Of a stretch of DNA of 64,000 bases, positions 1-11,565 are shown one piece after another (the stretch's first letter is position 1; each line of letters begins with the position of its first letter). The position numbers were made by a program, and so were the translations under genes. The stretch comes from Octopus vulgaris. Taxonomy: Eukaryota. Location of the stretch: assembly GCA_951406725.2 (NCBI GenBank), contig OX597814.1:173724001-173788000 (forward strand), written 5' to 3'. The notes beneath the pieces were generated by a model that was not told the origin of the DNA, searched no databases, and was given only the letters and a program-made list of their open reading frames with translations.

Positions 1-561
1 ACATACCCACAAACCCCGAAACCGTTGGCTTTGTGTCAAAATTTGAAGCCAATAATCTATACCTTCTGAGTGAGAGAGTGTCAACCAGGGATTGAAACTG
101 TGTCACTTTTTTTACTACATTGCACAAGAATATAATTTTCGAGCATGTGCACAAGGCCACATAGTTTTAAAGAGGTGACTCATTAGAGCCTGTTCCCATA
201 GTCTGGTATTCCCAGAAGGATTACAGATGCTAGGTCTCAGTTCCAATGACATCACTTCCTTACGAGTATGTGGCCTTGAGCTAATATAAGAAATATATAT
301 TCATTTATACATGTACAGTAAGTAACATAGAAGATGAGTAATGCAGTTTCAGTCTTAGATTGATACTTTTCACTTCTCTTGCATCACTAATGCCATTTGA
401 ATAGGCATGAATTAGATTTTATCATTTTTATCTCATTTTAAATAGAAAACGCCTATGCTTTGTCAAAGATAAACCATACACTTGAGCAATTTTTACACAG
501 TGCAATCTTGTACAGTTATTCTCCAGTTTAAAACTTAAATAATATTTTTCTTTCTTCTTAT

Positions 562-958
562 GGCGGCGAGCTGGCAGAAACGTTAGCACGCCGGGCGAAA
601 TGCCTAGCGGTATTTCGTCTGCCGTTACGTTCTGAGTTCAAATTCCGCCGAGGTCGACTTCACCTTTCATCCTTTCGGGGTCGACTAAATAAGTACCAGT
701 TACACACTGGGGTCGATATAATCGACTTAATCCGTTTATCTGTCCTTGCTTGTCCCCTTTGTGTTTAGCCCCTTGTGGATAGTAAAGAAATAGGTATTTC
801 CTCTGAGGCTATGTTCTGAGTTCAAATTTCCCCGAGGTCGACTTTGCCTTTCATCCTATCGGAGTCCATAAATTAAGTAACAGTCGCGTAGTGGGATCGA
901 TCTAATCGACTGGCCCCCCTCCATCAAAATTTCGGGCTTTGTATCTAGAGTAGAAAAG
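562..958 (+). mobile_element. tRNA-derived SINE family A (head + body + partial second body)
   Basis: Head GGCGGCGAGCTGGCAGAAACGTTAG (A-box-like) and B-box GAGTTCAAATTCC; flanking direct repeat AATATTTTTCTTTCTT at ~541 and ~959; many near-identical copies in the window. Confidence 0.85.
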
Positions 959-1067
959 AATATTTTTCTTTCTTATAAAGATTTAGTCGCATACATGGTT
1001 GCCTTGTTAAGAAGTTCGCTTTACAGACACTTTGTTTCGGATTCAGCTTGGGTATCTTCTACTATAA

Positions 1068-1069
<2 letters not shown>

Positions 1070-1133
<64 letters not shown>

Positions 1134-1143
1134 TGTATGTATG

Positions 1144-1186
<43 letters not shown>

Positions 1187-1206
1187 TATATATATGTATG
1201 TATATA

Positions 1207-1254
<48 letters not shown>
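1070..1254. repeat. (TA)n/(TATG)n microsatellite
   Basis: Direct reading. Confidence 0.95.
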
Positions 1255-1256
<2 letters not shown>

Positions 1257-2292
1257 AAAAATGAAGTTCGAAAATGCTGCTATATTATACAATTTTTAAT
1301 TTTTATATATACATTATAACATGTTTCAGTTCCTGAAATGAACCTTATCAAAAAAAGTTATATATAAAAATAGATAGTTCATGCTATCAATCACAAGAAA
1401 TTCATTTATAATACACAACGGTGTCAGACATCTTAAAGTTCATATATATAGTTTGAAGTGAGTTCGTTCATGCTATATGTTTAAAGTGCATGATGCAGCG
1501 GTTCACGGTGGCGACATGCATCCAATACAAAAAACAGATCAAAGCGGCGATATGTAGTCAATACAAAAAACTGATGTTCCTGAAAGAGAGAGGAATTCAT
1601 TTTTACCTTTATCAACTGTGGTGTTCGCTGGATGATTCTGGCGAATCTTGTGAATTGTTCAGGTTTTATAATACTGGTCAGTCCAGCGTAACGTGACGTC
1701 ATCAACGTTTTGACCAATCGTTTCGTTAGGTGGCTTAGTCAAGCAGAACGGGACGTCATCAACATTCTGACCAATCGTGACCTATCGCTGTATTATAACT
1801 GCCTCTTGTCTGTATCCTGTTTTGAACAATCGTTTCGTTAGGTGGCTTAGTCAAGCAGAACGGGACGTCATCAACATTCTGACCAATCGTGACCTATCGC
1901 TGTATTATAACTGCCTCTTGTCTGTATCCTGTTTTGAACAATCGTTTCGTTAGGTGGCTTAGTCAAGCAGAACGGGACGTCATCAAAATTCTGACCAATC
2001 ACGACTTCGTTAGGTGGCTTAGTCAAGCAGAACGGGACGTCATCAAAATTCTGACCAATCACGACTTATAGCTGTATTAGATCTGCCCCTTGTCTGTACC
2101 TGTTAGGTGACTAGTCAAGCAGAAAAGAACGTCATCAATATTCTGACTAATCTCTGCCCCTTGTCTGTATCCTGTCCAGTCTAGCAGAATTAGACGTCAT
2201 CAACGTGTTGACCAATCAGAATCGGGTCTGACCCTTAGCTGTATCGTATGTGGTCAGTCCATCAGGGTTAGATTTGTACGAAGAGATCTTTT

Positions 2293-2301
<9 letters not shown>
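1255..2301 (-). mobile_element. (TA)n-flanked putative Penelope-like non-autonomous element
   Basis: Bounded by (TA)n arrays on both sides; hammerhead-like motif near the left end; internal tandem repeats; no recognisable ORF. Confidence 0.35.
1694..2220. repeat. Complex tandem repeat (112-bp period with 60-bp sub-duplication)
   Basis: AATCGTTTCGTTAGGTGGCTTAGTCAAGCAGAACGGGACGTCATCAA restarts at 1716, 1828 and 1940; 1946-2005 is repeated at 2006-2065. Confidence 0.9.
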
Positions 2302-2339
<38 letters not shown>

Positions 2340-4543
2340 TATATAGATATATATACTATACATATATATATATGTATGTATATATATATATATCGAGAGA
2401 GAGAGAGAAAATGTTGAGAACTTTAATTTTATTTATTTATTTTTTACTGTTTTTATATATCTAACACGACTTTGTACTAAGTGACGTCAGTTTTTCATCA
2501 CTATTAATTTCCTAATTTTCTATTTGTTCAACATAATATTCTAGATAAGCTTATTATCTTCATTGTCCGGAACATATCAACGACAACGCCCTCTACTTAA
2601 TAAGCATGTGCTGTAATTACTGTGACCTTTGGTATCATGTTCAAATGCAGTCAAAGCAAATACCTTGAAAATAACTATATTGTATGATGTTTGTCGCTAC
2701 TTCGAAATTGCATCGTAAAATTTCGATTAGGCTTTGGTTGAGTAGATAAATGAAAAACAATCAAGTCTTTCATCTTTACTCTAAGTTTTTATTAAGTTCC
2801 TGGTCAGCTCTGATTCATTAGATTTATGATCAACTGTGTTCCAATCGTCACCAACCCGTCTGTATATATTGTATCCAGGATCACATTATTGATAAGGTGT
2901 GCTTCCTTTCTTAAACACGGCAGAATGTGATTGAGAGATTTGGTTGATATTTCTAGCATATCGAGTGACTTTTTTAAAATATTTTTTAGTTAAGTGGAAA
3001 GGTAGTGCTCATGACTCATCCACTGGTGGAAGGGATCACCAAACTGGAGACTTGGCCCGAATGCATGCTAAAGGCACTCAACTCAACTCAGGATTAAATC
3101 TACTTACCCTAATGAGAGTCAATGTGGGAAAAGAACTGGAAATGCAAAGAGCCAGGACAAGTACTTCAAGGAACTCGGTTCAACATTCTAACAATTCCAT
3201 CAAGCCATCGCCATGGATTTGTACTTTTCTTTATCGACCTTGAAATGGCTGAAAGGCGAAGTTAATTTCGGTGAGTATTCGGTCCCAGAGTAGCAACGAG
3301 TCTGAATAAATGCCAGGTGGAATTCTATCCGGTGCTCTGATGATTTTGCCAATTAGCCAGCTGTGTAGATGTTCTCTTCTTGTTTCTGTTTATCTATTTA
3401 ACTTTATTGATAAGACCTACTATTAAAGATGTTCCAGCCATGACCATCCCATGTAGTGAATCTCAGAGTTTTCTTTTGCTTAGATTTTGCTTAACTAAGA
3501 CTGCCGTTGTTAATCTTCTATTTCCTTTTGTGGAATTCTTCATAATATTGTTTATCTATTTAGTTTTGTCTCGTGTTCTGTATTAATAATAAAGCTGTAT
3601 TATAACGAAGATGACAGAATGGGATGTTTTCCTCCTTATTTTTAAACGAGATATTAGATAGGATGTTATAGCATTCATGCCTTCCTCTAAAGCGATCAGT
3701 CTTATTCTGATCGCTTTAACCTGGCATAACTTTCGCCGTATAAGTCGAGTTAATGACGAAAAAACATTAAATAAATCAACAGGATTGTGATTCTTTAGAC
3801 TTAGATTAGTCATGATGCGGTAAACCTATGACTGACGACAATCCAATTAGCCCAACCCGTACTCTTTTGTTTTCCTGTCATAACGTATCTAGGATTAGAT
3901 TATTCGTTTTTAATACAGTGCAGTGTGATTCGAAAGACTTTTCCTTAGCCCCCAGAATTGCTGACCTTGTGTCAAAATTAGAAAATAAAATATGTGAGGG
4001 ACTGTATGAGAAGTAAAAATCTGAAACTGCATGGTTTGAACTCAGAACTAGGACCGGCGTGACAAAATTACCCTGTTGTTTTGATATTATGTCATCTCGG
4101 TTATATTCGTTGCGGTTTTCAAGTTTTATGCCTTGAAATATTACTTTTCTCAATGACGAGTCACAAAAGTCCTATATTTGAGTAAAGAAGAAATAGGAAG
4201 TAAGTTGTTTATGTCTCTTTCAAAAGAATTAATGACGTATGTAAAATCGAATAGAATCACAAATCGAAATCAGGGAGCTCATTGGTCAACGTATCTTAGC
4301 CAATGGTTAAAGCTGTATGGTCGAGAACTACGTTTTGGATTCCACTCCTTTGCCGAGCATATTGGACAATTAACCATAGCAAAGGCTCGAAAAATTCCTC
4401 ACTTGATTTAATACCATCCCTTGGTTCCTGGATGCCTTTAGGGAAGTCCAATATGTTTAACACATTTCGTCAAGGTCTCTGGTCTGAGGATAACTTTCCA
4501 ACATAGAAGCCGTCGAAGTCTCTTTTTTCTTTGACAAAACTAA

Positions 4544-4935
4544 TCTCTCTATATATAAAGCTGAAGTTGTCTGTGTATGGCAGGTTTGGTAGCCTTCAAC
4601 TAACACTATCTCCTCCGAGACCCTGCGGAGCTACTTGACCAAAATTGAAAGTATGATAGAAGAAGGATTGCTCTTCATTCCGTAGAAGATAAAATTCAAA
4701 TCGGACCATGTTAACACCAAAAATTATTTACATCAAAAAGGTGCTTTCTTTCAATGAAAATCCCTATTTTTTACGATTTTTTTACTACTGTGTCGCCATT
4801 TTTCGGTGTATTTCAACCAGAAAAATGTTCACTTAAAGAGAATAACAAGCTACATAATGCAAAATTTTTACTTTTCAAAAATTCCAATTCTAAAGGGTCG
4901 AAACAAACCCGAACAACGCCGGGCGATACTGCTAG
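4544..4935 (+). mobile_element. Non-autonomous Helitron
   Basis: A|TC 5' end (TCTCTCTATATATAAAGCTGAAG), subterminal hairpin CCCG-AACAACGC-CGGG at 4908-4923, CTAG|T 3' end, no TSD. Confidence 0.8.
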
Positions 4936-5491
4936 TAAAATGATACAGCGATATTTTTCATTGCATACATGGTTAACTTTAGTAGAGAGGAACATAGTTG
5001 ATTGACACGACCCCACTGTATTTCTTGGCAATTATTTCATCAACCACAGAAGAATAAAAAACAAATTCGACAAAGTTGAAATCGGAACATAACTAAATAT
5101 TTTTCGATTAGGCATAAAGGCCTTAACATTTAGAAAAGGGGGAAATGTGAAGTTGAACATGCATACATTTCTCGTTTGTATCTACATTGTAATTGAAATC
5201 AAATTGCTTCAGCCGGAAATTGAAACTGTTTTTGCAATTCCAACTTATTTTGTTTGCCCTAACAAAAGTAGACAACTAGAAAGTATTTAGTTTGTCGCTT
5301 TACTCAATCTGTTAATGCACATTGATTGTGTGATTAACTATTGATTTCTTATGATTAGGTATGTTTTAGAGTGGGTGGCAACTGAAACTGGTCCCCAAGA
5401 GACATAAATTCTGAAGCAAGGAGAATCGAAACTAAATATTAAATAATGTGTTTTGTCCAGCACTCTATTAACTCTGCTTAGCACACAGATA

Positions 5492-5557
<66 letters not shown>

Positions 5558-6217
5558 CATATGCAGCCTTCTACGACTCTGCAACATTAATAGCTTGACA
5601 TTACTATGGCACAGACTAGTAAAACAGGTTTAGCCATAAAGTAAGATATACTTCGGCTGGTTTATATTGTAGATAACCTAATTCAAGAGACTATGAGCAA
5701 GTCAAATAAAGGCTGGAATGTTAGCCGCACACGTCAACAACCTAAGATGCAACTTCCTTCCGGTTACCAAAGTCTAAAATAGCAATTTCCATTTTTATTT
5801 CGCAACAATGGCTTTTAGTTTTACTACACGCTGCCAAAGAAATGTAAAAATAAGATAAAACAAAATAAAATGAAATAAAATAAAATGAAATGGAAAAGAA
5901 GGTGATAAGATGATTATTTTTATCTTGTGCTGAAATTTCTACATCCGAAGAGTAAATAACTCTACAACGAATTTTGGGGGGTTTTTTTTTTAATTTTTTA
6001 AAAATTAATGTGCTTTTAATACTTCTGCAATGAGTTGTTTAAGTGTAAACTTTTTTTTTTTACATATTATACCTTTTAAATGCTATATGAAGTGGGTCAT
6101 TAAAATTTTTATGATGTTAGTGTTGCTTCATGTCGTGAGATGTAGCTACGCCTTGTAACTAGGCGAAACGCTTGATGAAGTGGGCTATTTAGAAATTAAG
6201 CCAACTGTACTCTAAAT

Positions 6218-6544
6218 GAAGGCGTATGGCTCAGTGATTAGAGCGTCGGGCTCACAATCATGAAGTAGTGAGTTCGATTCCAGGACATTCCTTTATGGAG
6301 AGCTACAGACAAGTTGACGCTATTTAAACTCACACTGACAGTTTGTATACAATTAGCACAAACATGTCAAGACGAAGGGAAAACGCACAGATACACATAC
6401 ATACACACATATATATATATACAGACACACACATACATGCATACAAACATACGTACGTAATACATACATACATACATACATACATACATACATACATACA
6501 TACATACATACATACATACATACATACATACATACATACATACA

Positions 6545-6575
<31 letters not shown>

Positions 6576-6957
6576 CACAGCTGCATCCTCGTTACACGAG
6601 AAAAGCCATTGCCAAGAAGACTTACTGAAATGATTCATGATTGTTACCATGTGATGCCCTTATATGACTTTTAAGCCCGGACTGGGCTGTGTGTTGTACT
6701 CTTGAGCAAGACACTTTATTTCACTTTGCTCCAGTTCATTCATCTATAGAAACGAGTTGCAACGTCACTGATGCCAAGCTTTATCGGTCTTTGCTTTTTT
6801 CCCTTGGATAACATCGGTGGCGTGGAGAGAGGAAGCTGGTAAGCATGGATGACTGCAGGTCTTCCATAAACGATCTTGCTCGGACTTGTGCCTCAGAGGG
6901 TAACTTTCTAGGTGCAATTCCATGGTCATTCATGACCGAAAGGGGTCTTTGCCTTTT
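6218..6957 (+). mobile_element. tRNA-derived SINE family D, interrupted by a ~390-bp insert (6287-6675)
   Basis: tRNA-like head GGCTCAGTGATTAGAGCG...GAGTTCGATTCC; body resumes at 6676 and matches the intact copy at 42502-42835. Confidence 0.8.
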
Positions 6958-7087
6958 ACTGTAAATAGCAGAAAATTGGGAAAGTGTAGCGGCAGAGTCA
7001 ATAGGATGCAGAAAATACAGAGAGCGTTGCTATCGCCGTTTATTATTTGCCTTACAGCGCTCATAACAGAAACCTAGTAAAAAATAA

Positions 7088-7472
7088 GGCGGCGAGCTGA
7101 CAGAAACGTTAGCACGTCGGGCGAAATGCTTTGCGGTATTTCGTCTGCCGCTACGTTCTGAGTTCAAATTCCGCCGAGGTCGACTTTGCCTATCATCCTT
7201 TCGGGGTCGATTAAATAAGTACCAGTTACGCACTGGGGTCGATGTAATCGACTTAATCCCTTTGTCTGTCCTTGTTTGTCCCCTCTGTGTTTAGCCCCTT
7301 GTGGGTAGTAAAGAAATTGGTATTTCGTCTGCCGTTACGTTCTGAGTCCAAATTCCGCCGAGGTCGACTTTGCCTTTCATCCTTTCGGGATCGATAAATT
7401 AAGTACAGTTACGCACTGGAGTCGATGTTTGTCCCCTCTATGTTTAGCCCCTTGTGTGCAATATAGAAATAA
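7088..7472 (+). mobile_element. SINE family A (dimeric body)
   Basis: Same head and body as 562-958. Confidence 0.85.
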
Positions 7473-7564
7473 GAAACATAGTAGAAAATTTAGGATTCCA
7501 ATCCTCTGTGTCTAACAGACACAGCTTCCACACTCTCCTTTAAAAAATAGATGTTCTTAATAGC

Positions 7565-7683
7565 GCTTACGGCCATATCACGTTGAAAGCACCGGTTCTC
7601 GTCCGATCACCGAAGTTAAGCAACATTGAGCCTAGTTAGTACTTAGATGGGTGACCGCTTGGGAAACCTAGGTGCTGCAAGCG
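7565..7683 (+). rRNA. 5S: 5S rRNA copy, solitary, probably a pseudogene
   Basis: GCTTACGGCCATATCACGTTGAAAGCACCGGTTCTCGTCCGATCACCGAAGTTAAGC...AGTACTTAGATGGGTGACCGCTTGGGAA...GCTGCAAGC, ~119 nt; terminal helix has one A-C mismatch; no T4 terminator directly downstream. Confidence 0.92.
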
Positions 7684-7694
7684 TCACACATTTA

Positions 7695-7857
7695 GGCGTA
7701 TGAGTGTGGTAAGTAGCTTGCTTACGAACCACAAGGTTCCGGGTTCAGTCCCACTGCGTGGCACCTTGGGCAAGTGTTTTCTACTATAGCCTCGGGCCGA
7801 CCAAAGTTTTGTGAGTGGATTTGGTAGAGAGAAACTGAAAGAAGCCCGTCATATATA

Positions 7858-7926
<69 letters not shown>

Positions 7927-8198
7927 ATGTATGTATGTATGTATGTATGTATGTATGTATGTATGTATGTATGAATGAATGTGCGTGCGTATATGTTTGT
8001 GTGTCTGTGTTTATCCCCCCAACATCGCTTGACAACCGATGCTGGTATGTTTACATCCCCATAACTAAGCGGTTCGGCAAAAGAGACCGATAGAATAAGG
8101 ACTAGGCTTACAAGGAATAAGTCCTGGGGTCGATTTGCTCGACTAAAGGCGGTACTCCAGCATATCCACAGTCAAATGACTGAAACAAGTAAAAGAGT
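7695..8198 (+). mobile_element. tRNA-derived SINE family B (CORE-like block, internal microsatellite)
   Basis: GTGGTAAGTAGCTTGC...GGTTCAGTCCC, TGGCACCTTGGGCAAGTG, 3' tail CAGTCAAATGACTGAAACAAGTAAAAGAG; multiple copies in window. Confidence 0.85.
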
Positions 8199-8240
8199 GC
8201 CAATCTCATCTGAAAGCCATTGTTACCTGATGATCTAAAG

Positions 8241-8569
8241 CAGAGGTTCTCAACCCTTTTCTATCAATGGACCCCTTTGATTACTATTTTATTCTGGTGG
8301 ACCTCCATAGCCATTCGATATTCAAAAGCTAGTTTTATAGAAATTGTTTCTTATTTTGTTTTTGTTTGTAAGTTGAACTGTGTAAGATATTAGAAAAAGA
8401 AACCTAGCTGTTTCTCTAGCAATATATACCAATAAATACATGTAAAGGAAAACCTTTTTAGGGGGCCCTTAAAATATTATTGTGGACAATTTACTATATT
8501 GTTACGTAGACCCCTAAAAATCTTATATGGACCCTCAGGGGCCATATGGACTCCGGTTGAGAACCACTG
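8241..8569 (+). mobile_element. hAT (Charlie-like) MITE
   Basis: TIRs CAGAGGTTCTCAACC / GGTTGAGAACCACTG; 8-bp TSD ATCTAAAG / ATCTAAAA. Confidence 0.85.
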
Positions 8570-9300
8570 ATCTAAAAGAAAGAATTAGGGCTCGGACACT
8601 TGCTTGCCTGACGCCAGCAGGCAAGGCGTCATGGCGCTTACGCCCGCATGTTATAGATCATACTGAATACCTCCAGGAAAAGAATACGACCAAATAGCCG
8701 AATTTATATGATATGTGAATAGATAAACTGAGTAGATAGATCTCATGGCTCTAAATAACAGTAATATTGGAAATTTTTTAATTAGTCCACTTCATCTAGC
8801 ATTTCATAGGTGCAATAAGAAGGCAGGCTGTATGAGTATTCCGTTCCCATTCAATTCAGTATCCCATCCGTCCTATGTTGTGCTAACGTGGGAACTTGAA
8901 CATGATGGCTCAACCAGCTAAAAGTAGCAGCCAAAACTCCATCAAATTATACTTCACTGTCTCGAACAAAAATGGAAAGACACATTAAATATTGTAGTAC
9001 TAGATAGATTAATCCTGTACAAAAATAATCCAGGATTATCACGGTTAGTCAGAGATCTGTTTAATGAAGGCTGATCTGTGACCAAATAGCAACTACAATA
9101 ACAATAGCTACAATCTCTTCTATAGATTTATTTTAGAGATGAATAACCTCTGGAAAGCTGATCTTTCCTTATTATATTACATGAATGTGAAGTTTTCAAA
9201 CGTGCAATATTCCAGGATATCAGATACATTTCACAAACTTCGAAATATATTGAAAGCAATTTTCAGAAGAAATTGTTGAAGGCATATTTTGAAGTCACAA

Positions 9301-10126
9301 GGCGGCGAGCTGGCAGAAACGTTAGCACACCGGGCGAAATGCGTAGCCGTATTTCGTCTGCCGTTACTTTCCGAGTTCAAATTCTACCGAGGTCGACTTT
9401 GCCTTTCATCCTTTCGGGATCGATAAATTAAGTACCAGTTACTCACTGGGGTCGATGTAATCGACTTAATCTGTTTGTCTGTCCTTGTTCGTCCTCTCTG
9501 TGTTTAGCCTCTTGTGGGTAGTAAAGAAATAGGTATTTCGTCCGAGTTCAAATTCCGCCGAGGTCGACTTTGCCTTTCATCCTTTCGGGGTCGATAAATT
9601 AAGTACCAGTTAAGCACTGGGGTCGATATAATCGACTTAATACCTATGTCTGTCCATGTTTGTCCCCTCTATGTTCAGCCCCTTGTGGGTAATAAAGAAA
9701 TAGGTATATTTTGAAGTCATAAGGCGGCGAGCTGGCAGAAACGTTAGCACACCGGGCGAAATGCGTAGCCGTATTTCGTCTGCCGTTACTTTCCGAGTTC
9801 AAATTCTGCCGAGGTCGACTTTGCCTTTCATCCTTTCCGGGTCGATAAATTAAGTACCAGTTACGCACTGGGGTCGATGTAATCGACTTAATCTGTTTGT
9901 CTGTCCTTGTTTGTCCTCTCTGTGTTTAGCCTCTTGTGGGTAGTAAAGAAATAGGTATTTCGTCCGAGTTCAAATTCCGCCGAGGTCGACTTTGCCTTTC
10001 ATCCTTTCGGGGTCGATTAAATAAGTTCCAGTTACACACTGGGGTCGATATAATCGACTTAATCCGTCTGTCTGTCCTTGTTTGTCTTCTGTGTGTTTAG
10101 CCCCTTGTGGGTAGTAAAGAAATAGA
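9301..10126 (+). mobile_element. Two tandem dimeric SINE family A copies
   Basis: Heads at 9301 and 9723; ATATTTTGAAGTCA-like spacer before, between and after. Confidence 0.85.
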
Positions 10127-11003
10127 TATATTTTAAAGTCATGCATTGATCTATGCGGTTTCCATAAATGTTTTTATTCGTCATAACAATAACCAGACTC
10201 ATATAGTTCTTGGTTTAATTCTGACCATTGTTGGCTTTGGTCATGCTAAAGAACTACCTTACGCACTATATATTGATGTGTTTAGTCGTTGTTAGGCTGT
10301 AGGTGCTCCTTTCTTCTTCAATGTGTATGTTCATGCGTGCATCTTTGTAGTTGAAGAATTGCTGAAAGCAGTTTTTCTTTAATTATAAGCTTTCTAAAGA
10401 TAGCCGGTCAGAAACGAAGAAGAGAAACTTATCCAACTCATTGAATATTTAAACGTCTGAGATGAGTTGCTATTATTAAGATTATAGTCTTCAAAGCTAT
10501 TAACCCAATCTTTAGAGAGTATATTGTATATTTAGAATATTCGTTTCGAACGGTTTTATATCTGATGGATACATATTCATATTTATCCATCCATCCATAC
10601 ATTCATCCAACCATCCATCCATCCATCCATCCATCCATCCATCCATCCATCCATACATACATACATACATACATACATACATGCATACATACATAGGGGC
10701 TTCTATATACGAATATAATACGTTTTTAAACCCTGTTCGTGAGCAAATTGTTCGCTACACGCACAATTGAAATACCTATAAATGGCGACAGTCCGTTCGA
10801 AGCCATACCGAAACTTCACATAAAAACATGAAACGATGGTTCACTTGTCCATCCATCAACAACAAATACACACACATACACACACACACATATATATATA
10901 TATATATGTGTGTGTGTGTATGTATGTATGTATGTATGTATGTATGTATGTATGTATGTATGTATGTATGTATGTATGTATGTGTGTGTGTGTGTGTGTA
11001 TAT

Positions 11004-11171
11004 GCCGGATTGGCGTGATGCAACTATGGAGATACTATATAAATCTAAAGGTGGAAATGATGTCTGTGATAATTATCGCGGCATCTGTCTATTAGCTGTT
11101 GCTGGAAAAATTCCTCTGGATAGATTGCTTCTGCTCATTGCTGATGAGGTTCTAGCAGAATCGTAATGTGG
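11004..11171 (+). pseudogene. RTE-clade LINE reverse transcriptase fragment
   Basis: PDWRDATMEILYKSKGGNDVCDNYRGICLLAVAGK...ADEVLAES*CG matches the NYRGISLL...ESQCGF motif of RTE reverse transcriptases; in-frame stop and internal deletion. Confidence 0.8.
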
Positions 11172-11565
11172 AAAATCTAAGCCAAGCGCATTAGATTCCT
11201 TGGAAGAAAGCCTCGAATGTATACAAAACAAGGACGGAAAAACGGACGATGTTACACGAATAAGAATACAAAAATACGTAAAAACAATAATGATAATAAT
11301 AATAACAAAAACAGGACGTCACAGACAGGCGTCTTTTCGACGAGTAGACCTATCGAAAAGACGCCTGTCTGTGACGTCCTGTTTGTGTTATTATTATTAT
11401 CATTATTGTTTTTATGTATTTTTGTATTCTTATTCGTGTTATCATTATTATTTTTACGTATTTTTGTATTCTTATTCGTGTAACATCGTCCGTTTTTCCG
11501 TCCTTGTTTTGTATACATTCGAGGCTTTCTTCCAAGGAATCTAATGCGCTTGGCTTAGATTTTCC
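11170..11565. repeat. Long inverted repeat (palindrome)
   Basis: 11170-11340 is the near-perfect reverse complement of 11353-11565; the right arm has an extra ~40-bp internal duplication; 12-nt spacer. Confidence 0.95.
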
